Assembly (NCBI GenBank): GCA_043754515.1 | Contig: JAYUUO010000213.1 | Span: 1-29,629 of the forward strand | Length of the DNA stretch: 29,629 bases | Direction: 5' to 3' | Source of the DNA: Armatimonadota bacterium | Lineage (GTDB): Bacteria; Armatimonadota; Armatimonadia; Armatimonadales; Armatimonadaceae | Part shown: positions 27,645 to 29,629 of the stretch, one piece after another | Numbering within the stretch: the first letter of the stretch is position 1 | Layout of the letters: each line of letters begins with the position of its first letter | Program-made: the position numbers and the translations under genes | Notes under the pieces: model-generated | The model's input: only the letters and a program-made list of their open reading frames with translations | Database searches by the model: none | What the model was told of the DNA's origin: nothing

Positions 27645-29014
27645 CCGCGCCGACCGTTTCGGTACAGATGATCGGTCTCTCGCACAACACCGACGCCCCG
27701 GTCGCGGTGCGGGAGCGAATCGCGTTCACCGCGCCCGGCGCGATGGCGAACGTGACGCGTTTCCTCGCCGAGCGGCGGGCGGAAACCGGCGCGGAGTTCG
27801 TACTTCTCTCCACCTGCAATCGCACCGAGTTGTATGTCGCCTCCGCGCCCTCCGACGAGTGGGACACGGACGCCGTTTCCCGCCTGCTGTTCGCGGCGCA
27901 TGAGGCGGCGACAGGCGAATCAGCGGACGACTCCGCCCGAATCGCTGGGCCATTTCTTCAGGAGCGGCGCGGGCACCGCGCCATCGAGCAGATATTCCGC
28001 GTCGCCTCCGGGCTGGACTCGATGATGCTCGGCGAGAATGATGTCACGCGGCAGATCAAAGACGCGTACGCGCAGGCGGCGGACGCGGGCATCTGCGGCC
28101 CCGCGCTCAACACCGTGTTTCACGAGGCACTGCGTGTCGGTAAACGCGCCCGTACTGAGACGGAGTTGGGGCGCGGCGCGTTCTCGGTCGGGCACGCGGC
28201 GGCGGAACTCGCGCGGAGCATTCACGGCTCGCTGAAGGGCAAGACGGTGCTGGTGCTGGGCGCGGGCGCGATGAGCGAAAGCACCGCGCGTCACCTGTCG
28301 GCGGAGGGCGCGGCGACGGTGCTAGTGGCGAACCGCACCTATGACAGGGCGGTCTTGCTCGCGGAGAGTCTGAACGGCCGCGCGGTACACTACGACGAGT
28401 TCCCCAACTACCTCGCAACGGCGGACGTCGTGGTCGCGTCCACGGCGTCCCCGCACCCGGTCGTTACGCGCGCAATGGTCGCGGATGCGCTGAAGCGGCG
28501 CGCCCGCAACCGCCCGCTGTACCTGATTGACATCGCCCTGCCGCGCGACATCGAACCCGGCGTCGGGGAATTGGACGGCGTGTATCTGTTCGACCTCGAC
28601 CATCTGCAACAGATGGTGGAGTCGGAGGCGGCGGAGCGGCGGCAGAAAGCGGCGCGCGCGGAGGTGATTGTCCGCGAGGAGGCGACGGCGTGTACCCTGA
28701 AACTGCGGACGATGCAGATCGCGGGTCCGCTTGTCACCCGTGTGCGCGCCCGCCACAACGGAATCATCCAGGCCGAACTCGCCGAACTGCGGCGCAAACT
28801 CGCGCACCTGCCCGAGGCGGATTGGGCGCGGATCGAGTCGTTCGCCCGCGCGGTCGAGAATAAGATGGCGCACGCCCCGACCGAACGGATCAAGGAATAT
28901 GCGACCTTCGCGGACGAGAACCTCGCCCAGCGCAAGATGCGCACGGTGCGCGAGCTATTCGACCTGGAGGAAGAACCGGCACCCGCGACGTCGGACATGG
29001 GGGCACGCTCATGA
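27629..29014 (+). CDS. hemA: Glutamyl-tRNA reductase
   Basis: GLSH...PVAVRE, LSTCNRTE, ASGLDSM, GAGAM, ANRT, DIALPRDIE. AAGGAGG (27615-27621) is best spaced to ATG 27629. Confidence 0.96.
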   Translation: MSLPVAAPTVSVQMIGLSHNTDAPVAVRERIAFTAPGAMANVTRFLAERRAETGAEFVLLSTCNRTELYVASAPSDEWDTDAVSRLLFAAHEAATGESADDSARIAGPFLQERRGHRAIEQIFRVASGLDSMMLGENDVTRQIKDAYAQAADAGICGPALNTVFHEALRVGKRARTETELGRGAFSVGHAAAELARSIHGSLKGKTVLVLGAGAMSESTARHLSAEGAATVLVANRTYDRAVLLAESLNGRAVHYDEFPNYLATADVVVASTASPHPVVTRAMVADALKRRARNRPLYLIDIALPRDIEPGVGELDGVYLFDLDHLQQMVESEAAERRQKAARAEVIVREEATACTLKLRTMQIAGPLVTRVRARHNGIIQAELAELRRKLAHLPEADWARIESFARAVENKMAHAPTERIKEYATFADENLAQRKMRTVRELFDLEEEPAPATSDMGARS

Positions 29015-29629
29015 ACAGCGCGGTGACTCTCGGGATGACGGCACTTCTGTATCTGATCGCTGCGGTGTTGCTGGGCGCGGGTCTGCTACTGCGTCGGGGC
29101 GGCTGGCTAATCGGAGGGCGCATTGCGGCGGGGCTGGGCGTGACGGGGCACATGGTCGCCATCGGGCTACGGTGCATCGAGCTAAAGCAGGCACCTTTCA
29201 CCACGCCCGCCGAGTCGCTTTCACTACTGGCGTGGATCGTCGCGCTCGCCTACCTCGCGGTGGAACTGTTCTGGCGGCTGTCCGCCACCGGCACGTTCGC
29301 GCTCGGCGGCGCGTTCCTGCTTCTCATGCTCGGCGGACTGCTCGCGGGGCCGCAACATGTCGGCGGGGTGGGCGTTGCCCTGCTCAGCGAGCGGGCGATC
29401 TCGCTCCACATACTCGCCACGGTCAGTGCCGTCGCCGCGTTCGTGCTGGCGTTCTGTTGCGCCGCGCTCTACCTCGCGGCGCACCGGATTTTGAAGTCGA
29501 AGCACGGGCTGGTTTGGATCAAGCGGTTGCCACCGCTCGCGACCGTGGAGCAGGCTTCGTTCGCGCTGGTCTCAGTGGGCTTCCCGCTCCTGACGCTCGG
29601 CATCGCGTCTGGCTGGCTCCGCGCGGCGT
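29011..29629 (+). CDS. HemX / cytochrome c assembly protein (CcsA family), 3'-truncated; absent from the supplied ORF track
   Basis: ATG 29011 overlaps the hemA stop (ATGA). My translation: MNSAVTLGMTALLYLIAAVLLG...APFTTPAESL...SLHIL...AALYL...LKSK...RLPPL...GFPLLTLGIASG. Confidence 0.88.
   Translation, partial: MNSAVTLGMTALLYLIAAVLLGAGLLLRRGGWLIGGRIAAGLGVTGHMVAIGLRCIELKQAPFTTPAESLSLLAWIVALAYLAVELFWRLSATGTFALGGAFLLLMLGGLLAGPQHVGGVGVALLSERAISLHILATVSAVAAFVLAFCCAALYLAAHRILKSKHGLVWIKRLPPLATVEQASFALVSVGFPLLTLGIASGWLRAA

Overview
High-GC bacterial chromosomal segment; gene content and protein styles suggest Armatimonadota, but this is inference and not established. It opens inside gyrB, which is interrupted in its Toprim EGDSAGG|S motif by a 436-aa HNH-endonuclease intein closely resembling the cyanobacterial Ssp GyrB intein. 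Next come a non-catalytic M16 peptidase subunit, a convergent nucleotidyltransferase / DarG-like macrodomain pair, anmK-hisG, an MFS transporter and a frameshifted Gly/Ser/Thr-rich lipoprotein behind a SigB-like promoter. These are followed by an AfsR/SARP-type STAND regulator with a secreted two-domain protein (phased repeats between them, related palindromes on both flanks), two paralogous hypotheticals and a ytxH-rsbV-rsbW-sigB cluster with degenerate RsbW G-boxes. The rest holds two Uma2 genes, MBL hydrolase + PhyH, a stand-alone LuxR HTH, a lipoprotein, tyrS (HLGF instead of HIGH), ClpN-hypothetical-MFS and the start of a sirC-hemA-hemX/ccsA heme operon. Many genes have a -10 hexamer only 5-8 nt before the start codon, indicating leaderless mRNAs. 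Four accessory genes have disrupted reading frames. No rRNA, tRNA, CRISPR array or transposase was seen. All family assignments come from motif recognition by eye, not database searches.
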